A DNA stretch of 64,000 nt from a virus, in IMG/VR virus record IMGVR_UViG_3300010430_000024, positions 1 through 64,000 of that record. One strand, written 5' to 3'. Of the stretch, positions 47,478 through 56,249 are shown one piece after another. Position 1 is the stretch's first letter, and every line of letters starts with the position of its first letter. Both the position numbers and the translations under genes were made by a program. The notes under the pieces are model-generated. The model had not been told where the DNA came from. It searched no databases and was given only the letters and a program-made list of their open reading frames with translations.

Positions 47478-47535
47478 TTTGAGGCTCAGTCGGTGAATAG
47501 ACTTCTCAAAGGAGGACACCACTGAGCCGAGCCAA

Positions 47536-47571
47536 TTTTTGTATGCTCGTGATGGACGAGCCGAACAGGGG
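47536..47571 (+). promoter_or_regulatory. Unit 7: minimal Ro-binding hairpin overlapping the Ro60 ribosome-binding site
   Basis: TTTTGT-ATGCTCGT-GATGG-ACGAGCCGA-ACAGGGG, 6 nt before ATG 47578. Confidence 0.6.
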
Positions 47572-47577
47572 AAAAAG

Positions 47578-49209
47578 ATGGACTATTCAAAGCACGTAAA
47601 TACTCGCGCCACCTCACAGCGTGAGCGCACTCCCGGCAGGACTGATGAAGTCAAGAACAGCGAAGGTGGATTCGTCCATGCTGTTAGTGATTGGGATCGT
47701 CTTGACCGCTTCCTGATTCTGGGTTCTGAAGGTGGAACCTTTTACATCAGCGAGAGCAACCTGACCAAGGACAATGCTGAAGGCACCATCCGACTAATCA
47801 AACAGGATGGACTTCGTGTCGTTAATACGGTTGTCGAAATCTCACAGGCTGGTCGTTCGCATAAGAACGATGCTGCCCTGTTTGTACTCGCTATGTGCGC
47901 GAAGCTGGGCAATGAGCAGACTCGTAAGCTGGCACTTGGCGTATTGCCCAAGGTCGCTCGAACGGGTACTCACTTGTTTCAGTTCGCAACCTTCATTGAA
48001 GCCTTCGGTGGTTGGGGCCGCGCAACTAAGCGTGCCTTCCAGCGTTGGTACAATGAGCGGGACAACGACAAGCTGGCTTACCAGCTGTTGAAGTACCGTC
48101 AGCGTGATGGTTGGACTCACCGTGACATCATGCGTCTGGCTCACCCGGTTACGACCGATGACCAGAAGCGTGCGATGTTCGATGTGACGACTCACCCAGA
48201 GAAGCTGGATAACGTAGACGTTCGTGCCGAGCTGCCTGAGATTTATCAGGGCTATCACATGGCGCGTGACGACATGCCCAGCGCTGACAGGGTTGAGCTT
48301 CTGAAAGACTTCAACCTGTCGTGGGAAATGCTACCGACTGAGTGGCTGAAGGATGAAGCTGTGAACACGCAGCTGCTCCAGAAGATGCCGCTCATGGCTA
48401 CCATTCGTCAGCTCGGTAAGATGACTGCGAACGGTACGCTGAAGCCGATGGACATGAACACCAAGCTGGTGTTGGAGCGTCTGATGGATGACGAGCAGAT
48501 CAAGCGCTCACGCATTCACCCGATGCACTACTTGCTGGCGTTGAAGAACTACTCAGCTGGTCACGGCTTCCGTGGCGGCATGACTTGGAACTCTGACCCA
48601 CGTGTGATCTCTGCACTGGATAAGGGATTCGAGAAGTCGTTCGCGAATGTCGAGCCTACTGGTAAGGCGTTCATGCTCGGTGTCGATGTCTCAAGCTCGA
48701 TGCGATGTGCGGTCTCTGGATCGAACATCAGTTGTGCAGAGGCTGCTGGTGCCATGGCAATGGTGATCGCTCGTACTGAGCCTGTTCACTTCGTCCACGG
48801 CTTTACCAGTGGATCGAGTCGCGGCTACAGCTATCGTCAGTCCAATGTTGAGGGCTTCGTTGATCTCGGCATTGGCTCGAACGACTCAATGGCAAGCGTG
48901 ATGAGTAAGGTGCAGAACCGAAACTTTGGTGGCACCGACTGCGCAGTTCCGATGTTGTACGCCTCGGCAAACAACATCATGGTTGACACCTTCGTGGTGT
49001 TGACTGATTCGGAAACGTGGGCTGGTGACATCAAGCCAGCTCAGGCTTTGCAGTCATACCGTCAGACCCATAACCCGAACGCTAAGCTCGTGGTTGTTGG
49101 CATGACTTCAAATGGATTCAGCATTGCTGATCCGAACGATGCTGGCATGTTGGATGTGGTCGGCTTCGACGCTAACGTACTCCCCGTTATCGCGGAGTTC
49201 AGTAGATAA
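47578..49209 (+). CDS. rsr: Ro60 / Rsr (TROVE + vWA) RNA-binding protein
   Basis: NSEGGF...RLDRFLILGSEGGTFY, GWGR...WY, KYRQRDGWTHRD..RLAHP, IHP, DVSSSM, GGTDCA.PM, TDSETW and SIADPNDAGMLDVVGFD. Confidence 0.96.
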   Translation: MDYSKHVNTRATSQRERTPGRTDEVKNSEGGFVHAVSDWDRLDRFLILGSEGGTFYISESNLTKDNAEGTIRLIKQDGLRVVNTVVEISQAGRSHKNDAALFVLAMCAKLGNEQTRKLALGVLPKVARTGTHLFQFATFIEAFGGWGRATKRAFQRWYNERDNDKLAYQLLKYRQRDGWTHRDIMRLAHPVTTDDQKRAMFDVTTHPEKLDNVDVRAELPEIYQGYHMARDDMPSADRVELLKDFNLSWEMLPTEWLKDEAVNTQLLQKMPLMATIRQLGKMTANGTLKPMDMNTKLVLERLMDDEQIKRSRIHPMHYLLALKNYSAGHGFRGGMTWNSDPRVISALDKGFEKSFANVEPTGKAFMLGVDVSSSMRCAVSGSNISCAEAAGAMAMVIARTEPVHFVHGFTSGSSRGYSYRQSNVEGFVDLGIGSNDSMASVMSKVQNRNFGGTDCAVPMLYASANNIMVDTFVVLTDSETWAGDIKPAQALQSYRQTHNPNAKLVVVGMTSNGFSIADPNDAGMLDVVGFDANVLPVIAEFSR

Positions 49210-49228
49210 CATCCTTTATCACTGGGTG

Positions 49229-49256
49229 TTGATTTGTCAGCACCCAGTGGTATACT
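49229..49256 (+). promoter_or_regulatory. Promoter embedded in an inverted repeat after Ro60
   Basis: TTGATT-16 nt-TATACT; TATCACTGGGTGTTGA/TCAGCACCCAGTGGTA. Confidence 0.6.
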
Positions 49257-49260
49257 TAGG

Positions 49261-49390
49261 ATGTGTGAGTGAAGCTGGACAGGCACCTATTAAGGTACAC
49301 GAGTCCGGGTCTGACTGGGGAGCATTCCCCTATTAGGTGAGCGGTTGAAAGTATCGCTGTAAAGCAGGTTGGATTCCTGCCCTCGCACAT
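49261..49390 (+). ncRNA. tRNA-like RNA with expanded anticodon arm
   Basis: ATGTGTGAG/CTCGCACAT; T arm GCAGG-TTGGATT-CCTGC; variable arm AGCGGT/ATCGCT; CACCTA/TAGGTG enclosing two hairpins. Confidence 0.6.
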
Positions 49391-49438
49391 TTTATCCGTA
49401 TGCACTGGTTGTCAGTGCATCACAATTAGGAGAACAGC

Positions 49439-50383
49439 ATGTCCCTTACAAAGGCGCAGCTCGAAGAACGACGAACAGGGGTAGGTGGCTCAGACGCAGC
49501 GACCGTACTCGATATCAATCCATACACCACCGCTTATGAACTCTATCTCGATAAGCTGGGTGAAGCCCCACCAGAAGACGAAGACTTTCTCAAGGAAGCA
49601 CGCTACTGGGGTTCCGTTTTGGAACAGCCTGTCTGCGACCGTTATGCGGAAGAGACTGGCTACAAAGTCCAGAAAGCCAACCAACTTATTCGCTCGAAAA
49701 AGCACCCGTTTATGATCGCCAACATCGACCGCAAGGTGGTGGGCGAAGATCGTAAGATTGGGTTCGAGGCAAAGACCGCAGCTCGACCAGATGGCTGGGG
49801 TGACTCTGGCTCAAACGAGATACCTCCGTACATCATGCTCCAGTGTCAACACTACCTCGCTGTCACTGGATACGACTGCTGGGACCTCGCTGTACTCATC
49901 GGTAACCGCGACTATCGCATGTACCGAATCAACCCCATTGAATCGATCATCACTGACCTCATAGAGGCAGAGGAAGAGTTTTGGGATCAAGTACAGGCGA
50001 AGGTGGCACCAGAGCCGAAATGGCAGTCAGCGGCAACCACGCGGCTGCTCAAGAACATGTACCCCGGCACCAACGGTCAGGTAGTACGCTTGCCAGAGGT
50101 CGCTCAAAAATATCAGGACGTAATGAAAGATGCCCAAGAACAAAAGAAGTTATTCGACGGTGTTATCGACGGCTGCAAGAACCGGATTGCTATGCTCCTT
50201 GGCGAAGCCGCAGTCGGCATCCTCCCCGACCAGACCGCATTTACCCGTAAGGAACAAACACGGAAAGAATTCACGGTTGCAGAGAATACTTACGTTGTCA
50301 CAAGGCACGCCACAAAGTTACCAGTCGCGGCTGTTAAAGCTATCGAAGAAGGAACAGTAATCCAGATCGAGGCACCGTCATGA
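49439..50383 (+). CDS. YqaJ-like (lambda Exo family) exonuclease
   Basis: RRTGVGGSDAA, WG..LE, HPFMIANIDR, FEAKT and Y.LQCQHY. Confidence 0.92.
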   Translation: MSLTKAQLEERRTGVGGSDAATVLDINPYTTAYELYLDKLGEAPPEDEDFLKEARYWGSVLEQPVCDRYAEETGYKVQKANQLIRSKKHPFMIANIDRKVVGEDRKIGFEAKTAARPDGWGDSGSNEIPPYIMLQCQHYLAVTGYDCWDLAVLIGNRDYRMYRINPIESIITDLIEAEEEFWDQVQAKVAPEPKWQSAATTRLLKNMYPGTNGQVVRLPEVAQKYQDVMKDAQEQKKLFDGVIDGCKNRIAMLLGEAAVGILPDQTAFTRKEQTRKEFTVAENTYVVTRHATKLPVAAVKAIEEGTVIQIEAPS

Positions 50384-50691
50384 GCCAACGATTCGCGATT
50401 ACGATTAACGATGACGGCACCGTCGAATGGCACGGAGTGGACGCTGGCAAGACCACAGTGCTGGCAATGAATGAAGAGAAGAGGCTCATCGTGCTGCACA
50501 CGGCTGGAAGTTACTGGTCGGATAATGGTGGCAGGCATTACGGTGAAGCAAGAGTCGCTGTGCACGAGTTTGAATATGCAAAGCGCTCTAATCCGTTCAA
50601 TGAACCGAACCCAAGAGAATTATTTTTAACTGAATTGTTTGGCGTGATGGACTGGAAACCACGCGGCAATAACTGGAGACCAAAACAATGA
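50380..50691 (+). CDS. Hypothetical protein
   Basis: 103 aa, coupled on both sides. Confidence 0.55.
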   Translation: MSQRFAITINDDGTVEWHGVDAGKTTVLAMNEEKRLIVLHTAGSYWSDNGGRHYGEARVAVHEFEYAKRSNPFNEPNPRELFLTELFGVMDWKPRGNNWRPKQ

Positions 50692-51611
50692 CAACGAAGA
50701 AAGCAGCTAAGAAAAAAGCGAAGAAGAAAACGTCGCGTGCACGTACACCAGCGAAGCGTAAAGAGGTGATCGACACATCCACAGGTGAGGTCGTAGTGAC
50801 TCAGGCTGAGGCCGAAGAGTCGTTGACTCAGGCTGCTGGTAAGGCGCTTGCCAGTGACCCTGCGTTCGCCAAGTACGAACTCGCTAAGCGTGTTGCTCAG
50901 TCGCTGGCGAACTCTAACCTTGTGCCATCGGATTACCGTGGCAAACCCAACGATGTCTTTGTTGCAATCAACATGGGATCAGAGCTTGGCATGGAGCCGT
51001 TTCAGGCTATCCAGTCCATAGCTGTGATCGAAGGAAAGCCCTGTCTGTATGGCGACGGCTTGATTGGGGTAGTGAGAGCCTCCCCGAAATGTCTCTGGAT
51101 TGAGGAAACCCTTTCTGAGGATGGTAAAACAGCAACCTGTCGCACACAGCGCGACGGTGATCCTAATCCGGTGACAGCGCAGTACTCCATGACTGACGCT
51201 ATGCAGGCAGGCATTGACTCGAAGTTCAACTGGAAGAAGCACCCGAAGAGGATGCTCCAGATGCGTGCTCGTGCGTACTGCCTGCGTGATGCTTACCCCG
51301 ACCTACTCAAAGGTCTGGGTGTCGTTGAAGAGAGGCAGGACCATGACGACACACCTCCACCAGTGACTGAATACACGCTGCCTGAGCAGCAGAACAACGA
51401 GCAGCTTGAGAAGGCCAAGGATGTCTTTGGTGAAGGCGTTGAGGTGTGTCCTACGCTGTCCGAGGTCGAGCGTGCGATACATCAGTCTGACTCCATGGAG
51501 GACCTGCTGGCTGCTGGTCAGAAAGCCAAGCTATTAACGCCAGAGGAACAGAGCACTGCTCGCATCACGTACAAGAAGATGAGGGCTGTTCTGCTGGAGG
51601 ATCAGCAATGA
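50688..51611 (+). CDS. recT: RecT/Red-beta-like single-strand annealing protein
   Basis: LVP.DYRGKP..V..AI..G.ELG..P.QAIQSIAVI.GKP.LYGD; W...PKRML..RAR..CLRDAYPD.L.G. Confidence 0.85.
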   Translation: MTTKKAAKKKAKKKTSRARTPAKRKEVIDTSTGEVVVTQAEAEESLTQAAGKALASDPAFAKYELAKRVAQSLANSNLVPSDYRGKPNDVFVAINMGSELGMEPFQAIQSIAVIEGKPCLYGDGLIGVVRASPKCLWIEETLSEDGKTATCRTQRDGDPNPVTAQYSMTDAMQAGIDSKFNWKKHPKRMLQMRARAYCLRDAYPDLLKGLGVVEERQDHDDTPPPVTEYTLPEQQNNEQLEKAKDVFGEGVEVCPTLSEVERAIHQSDSMEDLLAAGQKAKLLTPEEQSTARITYKKMRAVLLEDQQ

Positions 51612-51862
51612 GTAAGCGAGACAAATATCCCCGCATCAATAGCGAGCGAAAAAAGGGTCCGGGTGCGTCATGCCAGCCTTGTGAAGAGCTAGGACTCGAA
51701 ACTGGAGCAACTCACGATGTCTGCATGGAGTTCACATACATGCGCGGAGAAGATGAGTTCACCAGAGTGTGTGAGATTCATCTGAAGGAGATTCGCGAAC
51801 TGGTCCACCCGGCTCGCCGCAGCAAGCAGTGGCCTTTGTGGTTTCAGGGAGTATGGAAATGA
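51608..51862 (+). CDS. Small Cys/His hypothetical protein
   Basis: CQPC...CEIH; coupled ORF. Confidence 0.5.
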   Translation: MSKRDKYPRINSERKKGPGASCQPCEELGLETGATHDVCMEFTYMRGEDEFTRVCEIHLKEIRELVHPARRSKQWPLWFQGVWK

Positions 51863-52013
51863 ACTGGCGAAAAATTAAATGCTTCTTTGGTTTCCATGCG
51901 GTGGACACCGCGAAAGATGATGGAAGCATAATCACTCAGAGCTGTTTGTACTGTGACCGACTGGTCAGGATGTATGAGCGCGACAACGAAAACGTAATCA
52001 GGAGAGTAAGATA

Positions 52014-52439
52014 ATGGCACGCGGAATCAATAAAGTAATAGCAATCGGTAACCTTGGTCAGGACCCTGAGACACGCTACGTGCCTTCAGGTGCTGCGGTA
52101 ACCAACTTCAGTATGGCAGTCAGCGAGTCGTGGAAAGACAAGCAGACAGGCGAACAGAAGGAGCGTACCGAGTGGATCAATGTCGAGGTATGGGGAAAGC
52201 TGGCAGAGATATGCGCCCAGTACCTGACCAAAGGATCGCAGTGCTACATCGAGGGCAAGCTACAGACTGACTCATGGGACGACAAAGAGACAGGGCAGAA
52301 GCGCTACAAGACCAAGGTCCGGGCAGATAATGTGCAGTTCCTCAGCAGCAAGGGTGATCGACCACCGCAGCAGGATGGTGGAAACAAAGCACCACCTCAG
52401 CCGGGTCCTGACGACTTCGATGATGACATTCCCTTTTAG
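52014..52439 (+). CDS. ssb: Single-stranded DNA-binding protein
   Basis: [19 protein letters not shown]; C-terminal DDFDDDIPF. Confidence 0.97.
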   Translation: MARGINKVIAIGNLGQDPETRYVPSGAAVTNFSMAVSESWKDKQTGEQKERTEWINVEVWGKLAEICAQYLTKGSQCYIEGKLQTDSWDDKETGQKRYKTKVRADNVQFLSSKGDRPPQQDGGNKAPPQPGPDDFDDDIPF

Positions 52440-52463
52440 TGGTAATACTTTCACACTTAGTGT

Positions 52464-52492
52464 TAGACTTCCTGTGGCAGGTATGGTAAAAT
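52464..52492 (+). promoter_or_regulatory. Sigma70-type promoter
   Basis: TAGACT-17 nt-TAAAAT with extended TG. Confidence 0.65.
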
Positions 52493-52514
52493 ACCTGCTA
52501 ACAGGAGAAAGACA

Positions 52515-53285
52515 ATGAATAAATTAGTGATACACCCGAAGGACAAGAGTACCGACTTCTTGAAGCCGATATACCACGGTCGTAACGATACGACTGTGAT
52601 CACTGGCGGCTGCACGAAGAAGGACGTAGAGGATGCCATCAAAGAGCACGACCACATTATCATGCTCGGACACGGTACACCGCAGGGACTTCTTGCGATG
52701 AACCAGTTCAATGGCAAGGTAGCACCACGAGCCGCATACAAGCCTGTGGTTAAGCCAAGCACAGCTATCCGTAAGTCTACGACTGGATTACCCCTCAAAA
52801 GGGATGACATCAAGGACTTCTACACGCCGAGCCAGATCATCCAAGATGAAGATGACTGGTTCGCTAACCGACAGGTTGGTGGTGGTAGCTATGGTGGCTA
52901 TTCAAGCACCCTGACAACCAGCTACGTCATCGATGATGAAACGGCTGATCTGTTGCGCGAGAAGAAGCTGACTACGATCTGGTGTAATGCCGATCAGTAC
53001 ATAGAGTGGAATGAGCTGGAAGGTTTCTACACCGGAATGTTCATCAGTGAGGAAGGTGAGGCTAGGATGATTGGCACTGCCGACACCGACAAATGGCAGG
53101 TTGAGGAAAGCAACTACGCTTTCGTCAGCATTGTTCGCAGGTTCCTCGACCACTCGGCAGAGAAGTTACACGCTGCCCTGACGCTGGAGTACGGAGAGAT
53201 GGCTGATCGTAACGCCGTCGCAAAGTACAACCTGCATCGGCTGTACACACGCAGCAATGCAAACGCCAAATTGCATCTCGCGTGA
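52515..53285 (+). CDS. Hypothetical protein, possible caspase/CHAT-like His-Cys fold
   Basis: IIMLGHG and TIWCNA motifs. Confidence 0.5.
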   Translation: MNKLVIHPKDKSTDFLKPIYHGRNDTTVITGGCTKKDVEDAIKEHDHIIMLGHGTPQGLLAMNQFNGKVAPRAAYKPVVKPSTAIRKSTTGLPLKRDDIKDFYTPSQIIQDEDDWFANRQVGGGSYGGYSSTLTTSYVIDDETADLLREKKLTTIWCNADQYIEWNELEGFYTGMFISEEGEARMIGTADTDKWQVEESNYAFVSIVRRFLDHSAEKLHAALTLEYGEMADRNAVAKYNLHRLYTRSNANAKLHLA

Positions 53286-53453
53286 GGTACGGGGTCATGA
53301 TCTTTGTGTCTCTGTCCCTACTGGCAATAGTGGCGTTCACCGTTAAGGTGTTCGTCACTGCCAGCTCTGCATATGAAGACAAGATCGAGCGCCTGTGTGC
53401 GCCGAAACAAGAAAGCAAATGGGCATACCTTGCCCCACCAATGGAGAAAAATA

Positions 53454-53855
53454 ATGTTTGGATTGAATCAGAAGCATCTCGCAAAGAGATGTGCAAATCT
53501 CGAAGAGAGGGTGACGGAGCTACTGACAGTTCGCGATAGACTGAGTGACGAGAACCACCAGCTGGTAACCGAGAATAAAAGTCTCGCCCAGACCAAGCAA
53601 ATGGATGAAGAGATGATCGCGCACAAGCTCAAGATGCGTGAAGAGTCTGTCGTCCTGAATGCCGACAAGAAAGTATCTGAAGCAGTACGTAAAGCTGCCA
53701 AAGAAAAAGATGAAGGCATAGCTGCGACCAAGGATGAATACCGTGACAAACTGGAGAGCCAGCTGGAGAAACGCGGCGACGAGATGAAGGAAATTCAGAT
53801 TGAAATTCTTAATCGTTTGCCTGACGTGAGTCTGGCGATCAAACAGAAAAGCTGA
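53454..53855 (+). CDS. Coiled-coil hypothetical protein
   Basis: RBS-supported ATG; heptad-rich. Confidence 0.6.
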   Translation: MFGLNQKHLAKRCANLEERVTELLTVRDRLSDENHQLVTENKSLAQTKQMDEEMIAHKLKMREESVVLNADKKVSEAVRKAAKEKDEGIAATKDEYRDKLESQLEKRGDEMKEIQIEILNRLPDVSLAIKQKS

Positions 53856-54478
53856 TGGGTGTTCTGCGTCCCGGCGCACACATTGCCATGAACGGGAAAA
53901 CCATGGACCCGGAGTCAGCCAGACGGTTGGCTTCGGGATTCTGGAAGCACGAGTGGTCTCCCCTTGACGACATCACAACGTGGGTCTGCGACAAGCGCAA
54001 ACTGCACGAAGAAGTGCAGAGGTTAGGACAGGACCATCGGATATGGGAGAAGTTCGCACGTGACCCGACAGCCTTTCTCGATGCTCGCTTCGGTGAGGGA
54101 ACAGGCGAGGCGTATCGACACTCAGGTCAGGACCGAGTAGCAATGCGGTTCGATCCATTCATGAATGAGAGAAATAAAATGGCACTAGGATATATTCACA
54201 ACACAGGCTTCACCACCGCCACAGGCACAGCCACCAACATCACTACCACAAGCAATACAGACTCGTGGATCATGGAGCACCAGCAGGAACAGCGCATCTA
54301 TGAGCAGCAACAGCGCGTACGCAAGAAGCGAATGCAGGAGAAAGAATCCATCCGCTTCAAGCCGAACTCTCTGGTCAGGAACCTACCCTTCGTCCATGGT
54401 GGCGACAGCTTACTGGCAACCCTGCAACGTGACTTCGATCACTGGGCAAAACCACAAATGAGGTTACTCAATGGATAA
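53855..54478 (+). CDS. Hypothetical protein
   Basis: 207 aa coupled ORF. Confidence 0.5.
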   Translation: MGVLRPGAHIAMNGKTMDPESARRLASGFWKHEWSPLDDITTWVCDKRKLHEEVQRLGQDHRIWEKFARDPTAFLDARFGEGTGEAYRHSGQDRVAMRFDPFMNERNKMALGYIHNTGFTTATGTATNITTTSNTDSWIMEHQQEQRIYEQQQRVRKKRMQEKESIRFKPNSLVRNLPFVHGGDSLLATLQRDFDHWAKPQMRLLNG

Positions 54479-54884
54479 CACACAAGCACAACAGGTATAT
54501 GGTCTCGACTCTGCCGAGTGGCTCAGCCGATGGGATGACAACAAGATCGTCTGGTCCGTAGAGATGGGTGGACTCGGACCCGGTTACGAGCAGGCAATCC
54601 AAACCGCTGTAGCAGAATTCCTGCGCATCATCGTCGCTGAAAACTTTGATCACCACACATGGGGTGACAAGGATGTCTGGGCTAAAGATCGTGACAAGAT
54701 CAACGAGCTGGCACATAAGAACGAAACGATCTCAGGGATGGGATTGAGTGGCGCTCAGGCTGGCGCAGCGCTCAGCGTTGCCACACAGTTCTATATGCGA
54801 GACCCATGGGTAGCGCTCAACGATACCGCAATCAGGGACCGTCTCATACAGGTCCAGAAGGAGTTTCCCAATGGTGGTGTATGA
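54471..54884 (+). CDS. Hypothetical protein
   Basis: 137 aa; W...WD....VWSVEMGGLGPGYEQAIQ. Confidence 0.6.
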   Translation: MDNTQAQQVYGLDSAEWLSRWDDNKIVWSVEMGGLGPGYEQAIQTAVAEFLRIIVAENFDHHTWGDKDVWAKDRDKINELAHKNETISGMGLSGAQAGAALSVATQFYMRDPWVALNDTAIRDRLIQVQKEFPNGGV

Positions 54885-55350
54885 ATCACTACAGAGACTC
54901 TCTCTTGACGTTGGTGATGAGGTTGTCGCAGCAACCCTTTTCAGGGATTACGTGATGGTGTTCACGCGAATGGGGCGCGTCTACAGGGTGAGGCATGATG
55001 GCTGACTTCATTCACCTGACCAACATCATTCAGGGTGAGGTACTCAGGATCAGGGAGCGTAGGCCGCTGGAGCAGCAACCAGAGCTACTCTTAGAGCTGA
55101 TCGACTACCTGAACGACCAAACCACAGCTGTGACAATGACGCGCCTGAAGGTCGCTGAGGAACTCTCAGAGGCTTGATCTGTCAGTTATATTCACATAAG
55201 GTGTGAATATGAACACGTTGACTGAGAAAGTTTTACCGCTCTACGAGAAGGTTATCCATATAGCCTTTGGGTGCGGTTGTGTCCAGACGTTTTCCCCGAA
55301 CCAGATGACGGCTCAGCGCTGCCCAACCCATGGCGACAGCATGATCTCGT

Positions 55351-55677
55351 CTACTGAGGAACTTCAGCGGGTGCCGTCAGTTCACCAGCATCAGCCTTGT
55401 CATTGTTAGCCTGATCCAGAGCGTCGTACAGGTCGAAGATCAGGTCGAACAGGTCATCGACCGTGAATTCCTCATCAAGCCCAGCAGGGTAGGCTACAGG
55501 GGCTGTCAGGTTAGCTGGCAGTTCCTTGTAGACCTCGACCTGTTCAATTACTGTCTGCGTCTCCGTTACTACCCGGACCTCTGGATCGCTGGCGCAGCTG
55601 GTCAGCAGTAGCGGGACAGAAAAAATCAACCCGCAAACCAGCAAGGTCCTTGCAGTCAGCATTCTCATCTTGTTCAT
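55351..55677 (-). CDS. o-spanin (Rz1-like) lipoprotein
   Basis: Lipobox LTSC; Pro-containing segment; overlaps the i-spanin 3' end. Confidence 0.75.
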   Translation of the reverse strand: MNKMRMLTARTLLVCGLIFSVPLLLTSCASDPEVRVVTETQTVIEQVEVYKELPANLTAPVAYPAGLDEEFTVDDLFDLIFDLYDALDQANNDKADAGELTAPAEVPQ

Positions 55678-55984
55678 CTTCTCTTGCTTCCCTTAGTATG
55701 TCGTTCTCTGCTCTCGCTGCCAGTAGGTCTGCCTCGCGTTCAACCAGTATCCTCTCGCGCTTCACTGTGTCTACACGTCGATCTTCAATCATGATGTCAA
55801 TGCGTTTTCGCAAACTATTGATCGTGACCAAGTTCGTTTTGTTTGCGTCAGCAGCCTCGATGGTCTCTGCTGCCTGAGCCTCCAGCTTGGCTTCCAGCTC
55901 ACCGTTGCGGGTAATGGATGACTTCAGCTGCCACCCCATAACAATGATCACCAGAGCAGCCCCACCAAGTACGTATGGATTCAT
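55544..55984 (-). CDS. i-spanin (Rz-like)
   Basis: N-terminal TM segment, coiled coil, C-terminal Cys. Confidence 0.75.
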   Translation of the reverse strand: MNPYVLGGAALVIIVMGWQLKSSITRNGELEAKLEAQAAETIEAADANKTNLVTINSLRKRIDIMIEDRRVDTVKRERILVEREADLLAARAENDILREAREDEQDENADCKDLAGLRVDFFCPATADQLRQRSRGPGSNGDADSN

Positions 55985-56232
55985 GGGATAACCTCGTGTT
56001 CTCTTTTCTCAAGCAAAGAAACCCGATCCTGCAAGTCACCAAGCTGGCGAGCAAGGTCGCTATGAATCAGCATCGGCTCTTCAGCTGCTGCCTTCAGGTA
56101 CGCAAGCTCTACTCGCATCTCAGCCACAGCCACAGCTGTACTCTGGGTGGTGTTACCAACCCACAGCAACAAAGCAACCAGCAGTAACACAAGTACTGTC
56201 TGTGCGTGTCGTTCAAGTACATTCGATGGCAT
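55981..56232 (-). CDS. Membrane protein of the lysis cassette
   Basis: One TM segment (VLVLLLVALLLWV) plus coiled coil. Confidence 0.55.
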   Translation of the reverse strand: MPSNVLERHAQTVLVLLLVALLLWVGNTTQSTAVAVAEMRVELAYLKAAAEEPMLIHSDLARQLGDLQDRVSLLEKREHEVIP

Positions 56233-56249
56233 ACTCACATTATCACCAC

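Noticed and set aside
46774-47571. Array as CRISPR or simple tandem repeat
   Set aside because: No identical direct repeats with uniform spacers and no cas genes; conservation is structural and paired.
35824-55200. Lysogeny module or RtcB partner for Ro
   Set aside because: No integrase, peptidase-bearing CI repressor, RtcB or RtcA recognisable here; they could lie outside the window or be supplied by the host.
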